Source: a virus
Lineage: Duplodnaviria; Caudoviricetes
Length of the DNA stretch: 61,949 bases
IMG/VR virus record: IMGVR_UViG_3300015245_000719
Location: 1-61,949 of that record
Direction: 5' to 3' (one strand)
This document shows positions 12,201 through 17,560 of the stretch, piece by piece. The notes under the pieces were generated by a model. It was not told where the DNA came from, searched no databases, and was given only the letters and a program-made list of their open reading frames with translations. The position numbers were made by a program, and so were the translations under genes. Numbering within the stretch: position 1 is the stretch's first letter; the number at the start of each line of letters is the position of its first letter.

Positions 12201-13802
12201 CGGAGGTGTCTCCGCAGCTGGTGCCGGAGCTGGCGGCGGAGGCGGAGCGGCGTGCTCGCCGCCGCCCGTCATCGCACCGAAGCCGGCGCCGGTCGGGGCC
12301 GCGGCAATAGCGCTCCCGATGGAGTTGTTCCATACGCCATCCATCAGGTCCTTGCCTGGGTTCGCGTGCTGCTGCTCCGCTACGTTCGAGAGGAACTGCT
12401 CGAACCATCCCTGCGTGAGCTCGGTTGGCGTCTCGATCGCGAGGCCGTGCATCGCCTCCTTGAAGCGCGTCATGCCCGAGCCGCCGCGCGTCATCACCTT
12501 CGCGACCTGGGAGCCGACGTAGCCATCGAAGCCTGCGCCAAGGAGCGCGGTAGCCGCGCCGACCTGCCACAGGGTTTGGATGCCGGCGGAGTTCGAGATC
12601 TCGGCGCGCGCCTTCGCGCGGTCGCCGTGGGACTTCACGAGCGCAGCCTGGTACTCCGGAGCCTGCTCGAGCACGCTCTCCGGGAGCTTCGCGATGGAGT
12701 CCTCGACCTGCTGCCCCTGCTGGCCGCCGGCGATCAGGCCCTCGCCCGCGCCCCCGAGTGCGATGGCGCTGTACGTCGCAGCCTTGATCGCCGCCTTCTC
12801 TGCGGCTGCCCTCGCTGCGAGGGCCGACAGGCCCAACGTCTGCGACTTCGCGAGGGACGTGCGGAAGGCGACAGTTGCGGCGAACTTCGCGCCGACGCCC
12901 GCCACCGGGAGCGTAGCCAACGTGGACGGCAGCGAGTTGACGATGCCAGAGTAGTACGCGCGCGGATCTGACCACGCCTCTCCGAAGGTCTCGCCCTTCT
13001 GGCTCGAGATCCATTCTTTCTGCGACGCGTCGCGCATGTCCGGCGACAGCTTGTCCCCGTAGTAGTCGGAGACGTCCTGCATGATGCCAGACAGGCTACG
13101 GCCAAGATGCTCTTCCGAGAGCCGGTTGATCTCGCCGCCGCTCACCTTGTCGGCGGCGTATGAGAGCCCCTGCACGGCCTGCGCTGACCCCTGGCCGAGC
13201 AGGTTCAGGGTGTCAGAAATAATGCCCGGTTTTTCTGACGGAGCAGCCTTGACTGGCTCCTCCGGGTCCGCTACGAAGTCGGTGAACGCGCCGGACTGCG
13301 CCGGCCCGGCGATGTTGCGGTTGACGCCGGCGACGTACTGCGGCACAGAAACGCCGTTGCCGTCGCGGATGTGCCCCATGCGGCTCACGTCGCCGCCGTA
13401 CTGGTCGATCAGCTTGGGGTCGGTGAAGTAGGCGGCCGTCTGCGCGTCGGGGTTGCTCGGGTAGCGGTCGGCGTTCTGCTTGATCAGCTTCGCGGCGGCG
13501 CGCGCGTTGTCGTTCGGGTCGTCGATGTTGCCGTCGGGCATGAGGCCGCCGAACGTGGCGGGCATGACCTGGAAGCCGCCGCGTGCGCCGTTGACGCTCG
13601 TGCGCGGGTTGCGCCCGCTCGAGCTCTCCATCTGCCAGTGCGCGAGGACGCGCTGAGGATCTGCGCCCTCTTCCTTCGCGATGCGGATTACGTCATCGCG
13701 CGTGATGCTCGTGGGGGTCTGAGCCTGCGATACGGGGGAAGAGACCGGCGCGTCGGGCGAGCCTGGGACGTTCTCGACGAAATCGGTGAAGCCGGTTGAC
13801 AT
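210..13802 (-). CDS. Giant DarB-like polyvalent virion protein (~4530 aa): lytic transglycosylase, PPase-like, LPD1 peptidase, N6-adenine MTase, Strawberry-notch helicase, zincin, PLxRFG domains
   Basis: Start moved to ATG 13802 (GGGAG upstream). Motifs: MESS...GGFQVMPATF; IENPKGS...HYGEIEGT.G.DGDKVDVFIG; VEFGEW...HEWMH; EPTAGNG...NPPF; GDATGVGKGR...DESH; HEVKGH; YFPLSRFG. Confidence 0.92.
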   Translation of the reverse strand: MSTGFTDFVENVPGSPDAPVSSPVSQAQTPTSITRDDVIRIAKEEGADPQRVLAHWQMESSSGRNPRTSVNGARGGFQVMPATFGGLMPDGNIDDPNDNARAAAKLIKQNADRYPSNPDAQTAAYFTDPKLIDQYGGDVSRMGHIRDGNGVSVPQYVAGVNRNIAGPAQSGAFTDFVADPEEPVKAAPSEKPGIISDTLNLLGQGSAQAVQGLSYAADKVSGGEINRLSEEHLGRSLSGIMQDVSDYYGDKLSPDMRDASQKEWISSQKGETFGEAWSDPRAYYSGIVNSLPSTLATLPVAGVGAKFAATVAFRTSLAKSQTLGLSALAARAAAEKAAIKAATYSAIALGGAGEGLIAGGQQGQQVEDSIAKLPESVLEQAPEYQAALVKSHGDRAKARAEISNSAGIQTLWQVGAATALLGAGFDGYVGSQVAKVMTRGGSGMTRFKEAMHGLAIETPTELTQGWFEQFLSNVAEQQHANPGKDLMDGVWNNSIGSAIAAAPTGAGFGAMTGGGEHAAPPPPPAPAPAAETPPQAEPAPAAPAAPEQGAPTKADVENAAGFTDKNPTEEEKDTGKYNKGVVNFHGLDIAIENPKGSVRRGTDKTGKEWSVTMANHYGEIEGTVGSDGDKVDVFIGPHPNSSTVFAIDQVDPESGDHDEYKIMVGFQSARAAKKGYLANYEAGWKGFGSMRQLSVPEFKAAIAAGTFSKTPRLPAGAEQTPELPEAPAAEPVAPGAPAESQEGGTQQQGEGAGVEGGAAPQSQGESNAVGEGNVEQGGGPEHRGAAPGEHVPADTGQVREGESGQTGGGNSAGPEAPEHVEGGPATPAAEAPNGGVQLSERDQRLESIAKIYDSIGDERRAANIRKRIGQEAPFGENLDRLERVAQNAKKIHGNNEGVTGGEAPGAPATPEAPATPETPGEQPPATPEETKAPKEPKAPKEPKAPKAPKPPVDPLVKMIAERNNKALTDHIYGAAELTPTFEDGATILDEGIVQMSVTVENQKPIESVMKKMGFKVTDRLQPEQGVARIQLYTMYRPQKSDIHDTGVVGGKPAGGTLRLSEPTGEGEKDIDKLIDEAKVANHFTIERPDATFGTMLYLEAVREKLKTFLEFAGPGFGGQQGNTRWGKSLKQALIDTEYSEVKAQAERYIGMLSKLEELTKDAKNVAEANAAIKNEAFTEGEANSYGSTHTATKFGSELQRMMSNDLYAMLDYYLKAFQPNENEIDQTNRVVKKDPKVPPRLENITRVGMKDYRKGQNVNEADFKSAFGFREVEFGEWVNQLERQENLNLAYDSLMDMSDNLGIDPKVVGLGGKLALAFGSRGQKISKAAAHFETSHIGGEVINLTKTNGNGTVSHEWMHALEHYLIHSEQDGARLYSEALRHVLNQYFNFAKMEAKVRELLVGDADYQNRNVPPRERVLNWLNEKGTSDWKSPEYRGGLLRNTIYLNEAQKLDHGSDPYYSKGAEMVARGEEAYLFDLVKGGSPYLVGPLVREGAMTKTNGYKGTAYPQAEERRLFAQDYKNFFAGLEFTPEGVRVKEGAKNVEQMRIAVGREQAKEISGRIDKIMEDMGLVQYPEVKNDSMVESMFFHLRKGWFPESGKDLLSWVAQAHRLDPTEVEGNLILQKKGQEDFEAALGQFAAQKIIDWRATGTNERGIFDNLVDMYRKQPKLNIRTSTSSSLQQYSTPLPIAYMAGLLARVGVDTKVYEPTAGNGLLTITATPKNVIANELDEHRALNLKLLGFPRVTQKDAVKAKEENVFGKDEADAVLANPPFGKLEAPALADGYQVTRIDQLIIARALEAMFDKGRAVLIIGANRIPGEINSREKPFFNWLYGHYNVASHFEVDGSFYERQGAAWPIRVITIAGRGRSAQVAPASGTITRVNYSVTEGYDALYRQYEDAKRASEAVVTGNANVGSEAGPAEPRSGVGGPAGPAVPGSNQGEAGVAAPEGGKEGGQGPRRNEPRGGGKQHPVGGVPAGVGGGADVERPGGNPGASGGSGVGGTGNEPGAPEGSNRGEQQPGPVGVSGSDTGLEGLSPEDIDRIFNDESVLVPDEKTGAPVEGNPGPKGPPRGPRGGGKRAPKSSSNVTAAERSLGLDFSKEFDEIKKIIGEKDSGGAVFSRKLYEEALGTVDATIYQQLRKVFENVWQAIRAKVADATRAVLEFKRIVSQRFGEAIEGIQKYAKVYILDKMYPPSKVMSPSDVGHDNNNQTVYEGKSQGQNLGILVPRNQARALRDALDVAEDKIHEQGSESIDDFVQKELGYGTKEKMFDALSGYQIDNIALAVLQLKDGRGMIIGDATGVGKGRQAASLINWSIRNDKVPVFMSYSDTLYSDMYRDMIAIGHPEISPFLTNTDGEVIDPRDPSGKTKLFTNKKGAAKQGVEHIVNTGTLPEGRSAIFTTYAQINQENARRSALAKLFSTGKAVLILDESHNASGDSGVGEWMQGQFSDYAPPVVYLSATYAKRTNNMPIYMRTNIGLLAQDPAQLVEMLSTGGPQMQSVLANMLVEDGQMSRREKDMSMLKVNFEVDDENLARDTRLMDEATNALRTIVRADREFIQWFKQNADRLQDLLPPGSEIVRNKKGEQQSLTHTPFTSVVHNYVKQLLLATKADRAVDKAINQLNTNQKVIIPLENTMESALDHYIGSMALQQGDALDDYSWNPLLMKALERRRAFKYKPPHGGKALEISVPMARMPSHLVRVFTEASEVISKLETPLSASPIDYMRSRLNQYGYYFTGNEDANGNPERKYVKFTESGGKKLRPLRVSEITGRTNIVDYSTGKAVLSNRNKEEADRIGTVRGFNDGSIDAVILNSAGSTGISMHASVEFADKRARHMIILQAAGDISVFQQTLGRVHRTGQIVAPDYTVLATALPSEKRPMAVLKKKMTSLLSNTTSGQSSATDVQAIDFINLYGDEAVTEYLREHEDVADFVNVEIGDEKSTEGVALAASGRVALLSVADQKDFYDQVEHAYNAIINMKNESGTNKLVVRDLDTEAIPEHEQELTSGDGSSIFTRPSSLTHMSMFVQGTRPSPEEVKSAIAEALNGRTPEQILQALEDERTAPFEQAKAAEFNKIEGAGGLNDQLKDETISDARRRDLTAHVQATQKKIANFEGVRRNTLANLRQMKIGYHARLALDDGALPQGVIIGIKSNLPSAGNPWSPSNFVINFMINNENRRASIPLSKIIRDNILDQALRDTSSDDLDFLFKPQKGEISGEKPREMRYYVLGNIPAGYGAANNVGDVVTFTMKGGERRQGLLLPKNFTPSMVQNQDVFLSNRARYGAQYVDGIYDYLTSPSFARDRLSYQDMQGVEQLGVASNDNMVRFVGDSAGPWVDLIIQRVPGAKKLYESKELVAITGDLAAQGKSSFRVNMRDPDRIKAAIKWVAERKGLYVNESQTTTAQKFMSKYEKKYEGAAFSRGAQDKAGQVWEVQKAVNDLKANWTDAPDVEVVATLADLPQQVREQIERENATDVGGVFFGGKVYLVAQNLDAAGAKFTLVHEVKGHYGLRKTFGRGLAEILDQIATARASQVAALLKAQGMPNTPENRSRMAEELLAIMAQSEPKLGFVRRAIAAITQWLRDHGILSKQKITDAEIIRQFLAPAARTVEQGAPASLAPDADAFSNSPLYSRMGDWINEVTKSDSKVGMWSKTIGTQFNLAKNNTQFRHVFEWGQNFLSDIWRNASAAEKVAPTWFKRGWLQGINRKDADAASQYLLHGTLLNKVFSDEQLRSGPTVNTPDGDKVLTPLTEPQVRMYHEAHASVRQALETQANSFIAREAKKTGVSMNRDLNMEDFAADIELQLGERIAEAKGNIDTLRQAQPPGFEFRVEQLKASVRADQKSVAKIGELVQRVNELSNQGYFPLSRFGTHYVAVYKTQKDYEDGNSSHFSLHEGLTSHVANIKSNREETRMRAKFPNAYKIETGTISKNSFRMYDGLNLDALELFAEHLGVANDEVYQEAYKELFSSRSMMKRFINRKGVPGFSQDAYRGLADFIMTNSRAASANDNFPGMGKAVMDIEDGDLRDHAVSLYKYLRDPVEEAHKLRGYLFFHFIGGSLASAVTNLTQTPLITGPFLTKFASLPDVLARLTGAAKDAVLDPFSKKLNGDFVHTGRLWDNLRKAEEDGTTASQEVFQMMGVASGSKLAGNKYSESFLKAWGSMFGYAETFNRRVAYIAAHKIAEANEQLGDPHKFAENAVYETQFLYNKGNRPVLGRGALGSTLMTFKQFSINVLELLHRMPMQQRVYMVVLLLLAAGVEGLPFAEDLEDLIDTIGQRFPDLGLTTNSKKWLDKQSKRILGQFLGNAFVQGLPSAVSPFDVSQRLSMGNLIPGTAFAKVSETDKFKDVRDLIGPAAGLLYGAATGLERAFHGDFLGAAKSALPTAAQNFVKGSEMLARGEARDTRGQFTAKVSPLEAVGKAAGFNPNAVADRQRVTGEIRNDENFIAVTKSALMDEFVNAIRSGDRDDIESVRRKIASWNKSNPTMPIVITPQAMRRRLQLAGMSPDVRSIKLAPRPLRGEVASLLRPPREDTQE
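7706..8131 (-). CDS. Overprinted 141-aa protein nested in the +1 frame of the giant gene
   Basis: GGAGGGG 5 nt before ATG. Genome-typical codons (CTG, GAG, AAG, ATC) in this frame while host-frame third positions become A/T-rich. Helical, globular-looking sequence. Confidence 0.65.
   Translation of the reverse strand: MHSTGSTRTQNEQAKPLSPATPMWVPKLDRPSHAAALVVPQGQPYREAIREKLESLLLKAGKKEAKALVETNLEAEENSILWAEFPQGWVEGLMSSGRVGTLVQAGDPASAEPETNPELRKEAIEASSSLDLSEFLEAIPA
11288..11503 (-). CDS. Overprinted 71-aa basic phage protein (MPLxKG...KQAVAIAL type) nested in the +1 frame of the giant gene
   Basis: AGGGAGAG SD before ATG 11503. MPLEKGTSNKVVGQNIEEL...KQAVAIAL matches a small phage protein pattern I recall as a stand-alone gene (DUF6496-like). 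Confidence 0.75.
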   Translation of the reverse strand: MPLEKGTSNKVVGQNIEELHQGNTYQRTQDKFGKEKADKQAVAIALDQKRRSMSKGGLPRPPRRHPTAVYN

Positions 13803-13866
13803 CTTGTTCTTCTCCCGGCCTGCGCTGCGCAAAGGCGCGCGCCGTCACCGCGGTAGTTGATCTTCC

Positions 13867-13898
13867 ACTCTACCGGGCGACGCAGTGTTACCTAAATC
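13867..13898 (-). promoter_or_regulatory. Putative late promoter, class A, upstream of the giant gene
   Basis: gatttaggtaacactgcgtcgcccggtagagt is 21/32 identical, ungapped, to the element upstream of the capsid gene. Confidence 0.55.
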
Positions 13899-15678
13899 AG
13901 GGTTTCAGAGCCCTCTCGCGCACTGCCTCTTGATTCACGAGGCCGGAATACCTCTCCATGGCTGCCTTGTGGGCTGCCTGGAGTTTCGCGATCTCGGCGC
14001 GAACACGTGCGGCGCCGGCATAGTCGTACTTCAGCGCGCTGTTGTTGATGTCATGCAGCTTGCCATTGGCCTCAGAGATAGATTTCCGCAGGCTATCAAC
14101 TTCCTGCCCTGCTGCCTCTGCCTCTTTAGGCGACGCCACGCGAGGCGGCGGCGGCTTCGGCAGGCTGGCCTGGACTGGCGCCGGAGCTGCCGCTGGTGTT
14201 GCGGCCGGCGCCGGTGCGCGCGCTGCCGCGGGGGGCGCTGCGGGGCCGGGCTGCGGAGCTGCCACGGCCGGCTTGGCGACGGGGCTGATTCCGTACACGA
14301 CCTCGTTGCGGCCCTTCCCGTAGCGCACGGCGTTCCACTGCTGGCCGTTCAGCATCGCGACGCCGACCTTCGCGTCCGGGTCGCCGTCCTGGATGGCCTC
14401 GGCGATCTTGACGGCCTCCGGAGCGTTCTTCCCTAGCGCGTCGTTGTTGATGAAGAGCGACTGCGCGACGCCGGCGGTCTTGGATTGGTCGTAGGGCTTC
14501 ACTTCCTTGCCGAGAGCTGCTTCGTTCTGACGCGCCGTAGCGTTGCGCCCGACGAGCGTCATGATCTGCGAGATACCCTTCGTCTGCTCTTGCGACATGC
14601 GTCCTTCGCGCCCTCCGGCGCTCTTGACATTTGTCTCGCCGGTCTTGAGGTTCGTGGTCACGATGTCGCCATTGCGATTCATCGAGGTCGAGTACCGGTT
14701 GCCCTCCTGGAGTTTGTTGACCGTGCCGGTCGGGCCGATCTGGTACACGTCCTCGTCCGTCTTGAACGCCTTGATTCCGGGCGGCGCAATGACGCCAAGC
14801 GCCATAGCAGCGTGGAGCATGTCGAAGCCCTGGAACGGGCGCTGCGAGCCATCCGGCATCACTGAGAGCCCGCTGTACTTCCCTGCGCCGTCGTAGCGCA
14901 GGCTGCCCGGGGCGACGCGCCATGTCCCGTTGGCGTTCGCGATCTCCTCGAGCTTTCTGGTGTTCGTTGGGTCCATCATCGCCTGGTGCGCGAGCTGGCC
15001 GAACCCCTCCTTCTCCAGCATGTCCTTCGTCTGTATGATCTGCTGCGCGCGCCCGGCGTCTCCGCGCTGGTTCGCTTTCTGCGCGAGGACGTCGAGTAGC
15101 CCTGCACGCCCACCAGCCGGTTGGCCGGGGGCGGCGGGCGCCGCCGCCGCAGGCATGGATGGCCGCGGCGGGGTGGGGAGAGCTGTACCTGGCTGGCCGG
15201 CGACCGGCGCGGCCACGGAGGCGTCAGGCTTGGGTGCCTGTGGCGCCGGCGCGGCAGGGATGGGTGCTGGCGATGCCTGGAGGGTCACCCCGGGCACTGC
15301 GCTCGGGGGCATGGGTTGCGCGGGAGCTGGCGCCGGAACTGCTGGAGCCGCGGCAGGAGCGCCTTCCGGCGCGGCCTCCGGGGCAGCGACAGGCGCGGCG
15401 GCTGCTGGCGCAGCCTGGGGCTGCTGGAAGCCAGGGTAGCCCGGCGCCGCGGCCTTGTAGTAATCCGCCGTCGCGCCACGTTCCTCTGCCTCAGCGGCAC
15501 GTTGCCGCTGGAGCTGGTCGGCCTGGTCGCGTCCGATGTCGAGCCGCTGGCGCGCAGCGGCGACGTCCGCCTGACGACCTTCCTGCTCGGTATCGAAGCG
15601 CTCCTCCTCCTGCCGGTAGTCGCGCGCCGACTTCAGCGCATGACCGGCGTAGGAGAGCCCGCTGAGGCTGAGACCCAT
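13897..15678 (-). CDS. Pro/Ala-rich internal virion (ejection) protein
   Basis: 593 aa directly upstream of the giant gene; PAPA-rich linkers and coiled-coil ends. Confidence 0.7.
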   Translation of the reverse strand: MGLSLSGLSYAGHALKSARDYRQEEERFDTEQEGRQADVAAARQRLDIGRDQADQLQRQRAAEAEERGATADYYKAAAPGYPGFQQPQAAPAAAAPVAAPEAAPEGAPAAAPAVPAPAPAQPMPPSAVPGVTLQASPAPIPAAPAPQAPKPDASVAAPVAGQPGTALPTPPRPSMPAAAAPAAPGQPAGGRAGLLDVLAQKANQRGDAGRAQQIIQTKDMLEKEGFGQLAHQAMMDPTNTRKLEEIANANGTWRVAPGSLRYDGAGKYSGLSVMPDGSQRPFQGFDMLHAAMALGVIAPPGIKAFKTDEDVYQIGPTGTVNKLQEGNRYSTSMNRNGDIVTTNLKTGETNVKSAGGREGRMSQEQTKGISQIMTLVGRNATARQNEAALGKEVKPYDQSKTAGVAQSLFINNDALGKNAPEAVKIAEAIQDGDPDAKVGVAMLNGQQWNAVRYGKGRNEVVYGISPVAKPAVAAPQPGPAAPPAAARAPAPAATPAAAPAPVQASLPKPPPPRVASPKEAEAAGQEVDSLRKSISEANGKLHDINNSALKYDYAGAARVRAEIAKLQAAHKAAMERYSGLVNQEAVRERALKP

Positions 15679-16601
15679 TACGCCGCCCTACGAGGCCGGG
15701 AGAACGACGGGAGCTTCCCACGCCGCGCTACAGGCGCGGTACGCAGGTTGTTGGCAGGCTTGCCGTCCAGACCGTTGCCGGCGGTGTCCTGACCCGCGAA
15801 GGACGGGACCATGCGACCGCTTGAGGTGACTCCGGTTGAAGGGACGCCGCCTGGCTGCGAGAGCGGGATTGGCGCGTTGCCACCGAGCAGGCCGCCGTTT
15901 CCGCCGTTGGCCGGCGCGGACGTGTTGGCCTCGTTCCCGAGCGGCTTGACGACGCGGCCTTTGTCCGAGCCGTGACGATTCACTTTGCCGCCGGACGCAT
16001 ACCCGTTTTCTTGCGCCATGCCGCCGGTCACCGCGCCGCCAGACTTCAGGCCGCCCTCGAAGCGCAGACCAAGCCGCGCGCGCGAGCCGGCTTTGCCTGG
16101 CGAGTCCTTGTGCTGCTCCATGTACGCGTGCGTCGATTCGCCATCTGCCTTCGCAGCAGCCTTCTCCACGCCCGGGTGCTTGACCGCTCCCTGGATCCAC
16201 TTGTCGCCGCCGACTTGACCGCCCTTGGCGTACCGGCGCCCGACGTCCATCTTGTTCTGCTCGACGTCTGACATGGCCTTGCCTGCGGACGTGCTCATGT
16301 TCCCGCGGGGAGCACCACCTGTGGCTGCGACGCCCACCGTCATCGGGGTGCCCTTGATGATCTTCCCCTGCTTCGGGGCAGCGGAGCTGCGCGGCGTCTC
16401 GCTCGCGTAGCCTGCTTTCCCCTCCTGCCCGGCTGGCGGAGTTCCGGCGCGGATGCCCTTCATCGGCGTGATCTCCTTGGTGTTCTGCTTGGGGGCTGCG
16501 CCGGAGGTCGTGACCGCGCGATGCGGTGCGGACGGCATGGCGACGCCGCGAAGAGGCGGAACGTGGCCGTCGGTCTGGTCTGGTTTTGAGTGCTTCTTCA
16601 T
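15678..16601 (-). CDS. Basic low-complexity putative internal virion protein with xxGGxV repeats
   Basis: AAGGAGAA SD; YAKGGQV, LKSGGAV, YASGGKV and KWIQGAVKHPG motifs; stop overlaps next start. Confidence 0.65.
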   Translation of the reverse strand: MKKHSKPDQTDGHVPPLRGVAMPSAPHRAVTTSGAAPKQNTKEITPMKGIRAGTPPAGQEGKAGYASETPRSSAAPKQGKIIKGTPMTVGVAATGGAPRGNMSTSAGKAMSDVEQNKMDVGRRYAKGGQVGGDKWIQGAVKHPGVEKAAAKADGESTHAYMEQHKDSPGKAGSRARLGLRFEGGLKSGGAVTGGMAQENGYASGGKVNRHGSDKGRVVKPLGNEANTSAPANGGNGGLLGGNAPIPLSQPGGVPSTGVTSSGRMVPSFAGQDTAGNGLDGKPANNLRTAPVARRGKLPSFSRPRRAA

Positions 16602-16617
16602 GTGCTTCTCCTTGAAA

Positions 16618-17001
16618 TTAGTTGCCCGTGTTCTTCTCGATCACGAGCTCGTCCTCGAGCGCTTCCTTCGGCAAGCCGTGCGTGTTGTGGATGCAGTACA
16701 TCACCGTGTTGTCCTCGAGTGCGACGAACTTGTGGAAGCATCCGGCCAGGATCTTGATCCCGGTCGGCGCCACGAAGTCTCCGATAAACTTGTCGTCGCG
16801 CCACGCGCGCACTGCGCCGGTCGCGAGCATCGACGTATGGTCGTAGGTGTGCTTGTGCCCTGGCACGCCGTAGCCTTGCTTCTTGAGCTGGATCTGGCGG
16901 ATGTAGATGCCGTCCGCATCGTCGTAGATCTCCACGAGCTCGGGCTGCTCAGCGACGGGGAGCGCTTCGGACATATCGGGTGCTGCGATCTCAGAACGCA
17001 T
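16618..17001 (-). CDS. Cupin-fold metal-binding protein
   Basis: Start at ATG 17001. GHKHTYDH and a distal AGCFHKF give the cupin His pattern. Confidence 0.75.
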   Translation of the reverse strand: MRSEIAAPDMSEALPVAEQPELVEIYDDADGIYIRQIQLKKQGYGVPGHKHTYDHTSMLATGAVRAWRDDKFIGDFVAPTGIKILAGCFHKFVALEDNTVMYCIHNTHGLPKEALEDELVIEKNTGN

Positions 17002-17560
17002 TGCCCACCCCGCGCGTCTTGATGTCGGCGACCAGGTGAACGCGCGGCGTAGCTCCGCGGTTGTGCACCTCATGCTCCTTCGTGTAGTCCACCCACCATA
17101 CCTCGCCGCTCTTCATGTTCACGCTCTCGTCGCCGCAGATGAACTCCGACTTGTCGTTGCTCGCGAGGACGAGGTGGAACCTGTCGTAGTACGCCGCAGA
17201 TCCGCCGGTGTCGCTGTGCCGGTCGATCTTTCCGCCGGCCGCCAGCTTGTTGATCATCACGCGCCCAAGCCGCTCGCCCTCGACCTCATGCATCAGGTCG
17301 AAGATAACAGGGCGGATTTCGTGCCCCAAGCTGTTCATCGCTGGCTCGTCGAAGCACTCGAACGGATCGGCCTCCGGTACGCGCGTGTCGAGCCAGGGAC
17401 GCTTGTCCGGGAAGCGAAGGTAGATCGTGTCCACGTCACCGAACTTGGTGTTCGGGTAATTCTTCCAGAACGTGTCGAGTTCGAACAGCTCCGGCTGATC
17501 CTTGAGGGCGGCCATGATGCGGCCCGCGGGAGCGTGGAATGGGAGGCGCTTGATGTTCAT
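16991..17560 (-). CDS. 2OG-Fe(II) oxygenase, Asp/Asn beta-hydroxylase (protein hydroxylase) family
   Basis: GGKIDRHSD (HxD), RFHLVL, GEVWW...HEVHN (distal His), RVHLVAD (2OG-binding Arg). Confidence 0.85.
   Translation of the reverse strand: MNIKRLPFHAPAGRIMAALKDQPELFELDTFWKNYPNTKFGDVDTIYLRFPDKRPWLDTRVPEADPFECFDEPAMNSLGHEIRPVIFDLMHEVEGERLGRVMINKLAAGGKIDRHSDTGGSAAYYDRFHLVLASNDKSEFICGDESVNMKSGEVWWVDYTKEHEVHNRGATPRVHLVADIKTRGVGNAF

Noticed and set aside
705-13431. Long antisense and other-frame ORFs over the giant gene (e.g. 7893-9128, 10236-11519, 11587-13014)
   Set aside because: Typical high-GC shadow ORFs with Arg/Gly-rich or mirror composition and no motifs, unlike the two accepted nested genes.
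15285-15500. Possible third overprinted ORF in the Pro/Ala linker of the 593-aa protein
   Set aside because: Arg/Pro/Gln-rich frameshift-like sequence with no recognisable family or convincing SD.
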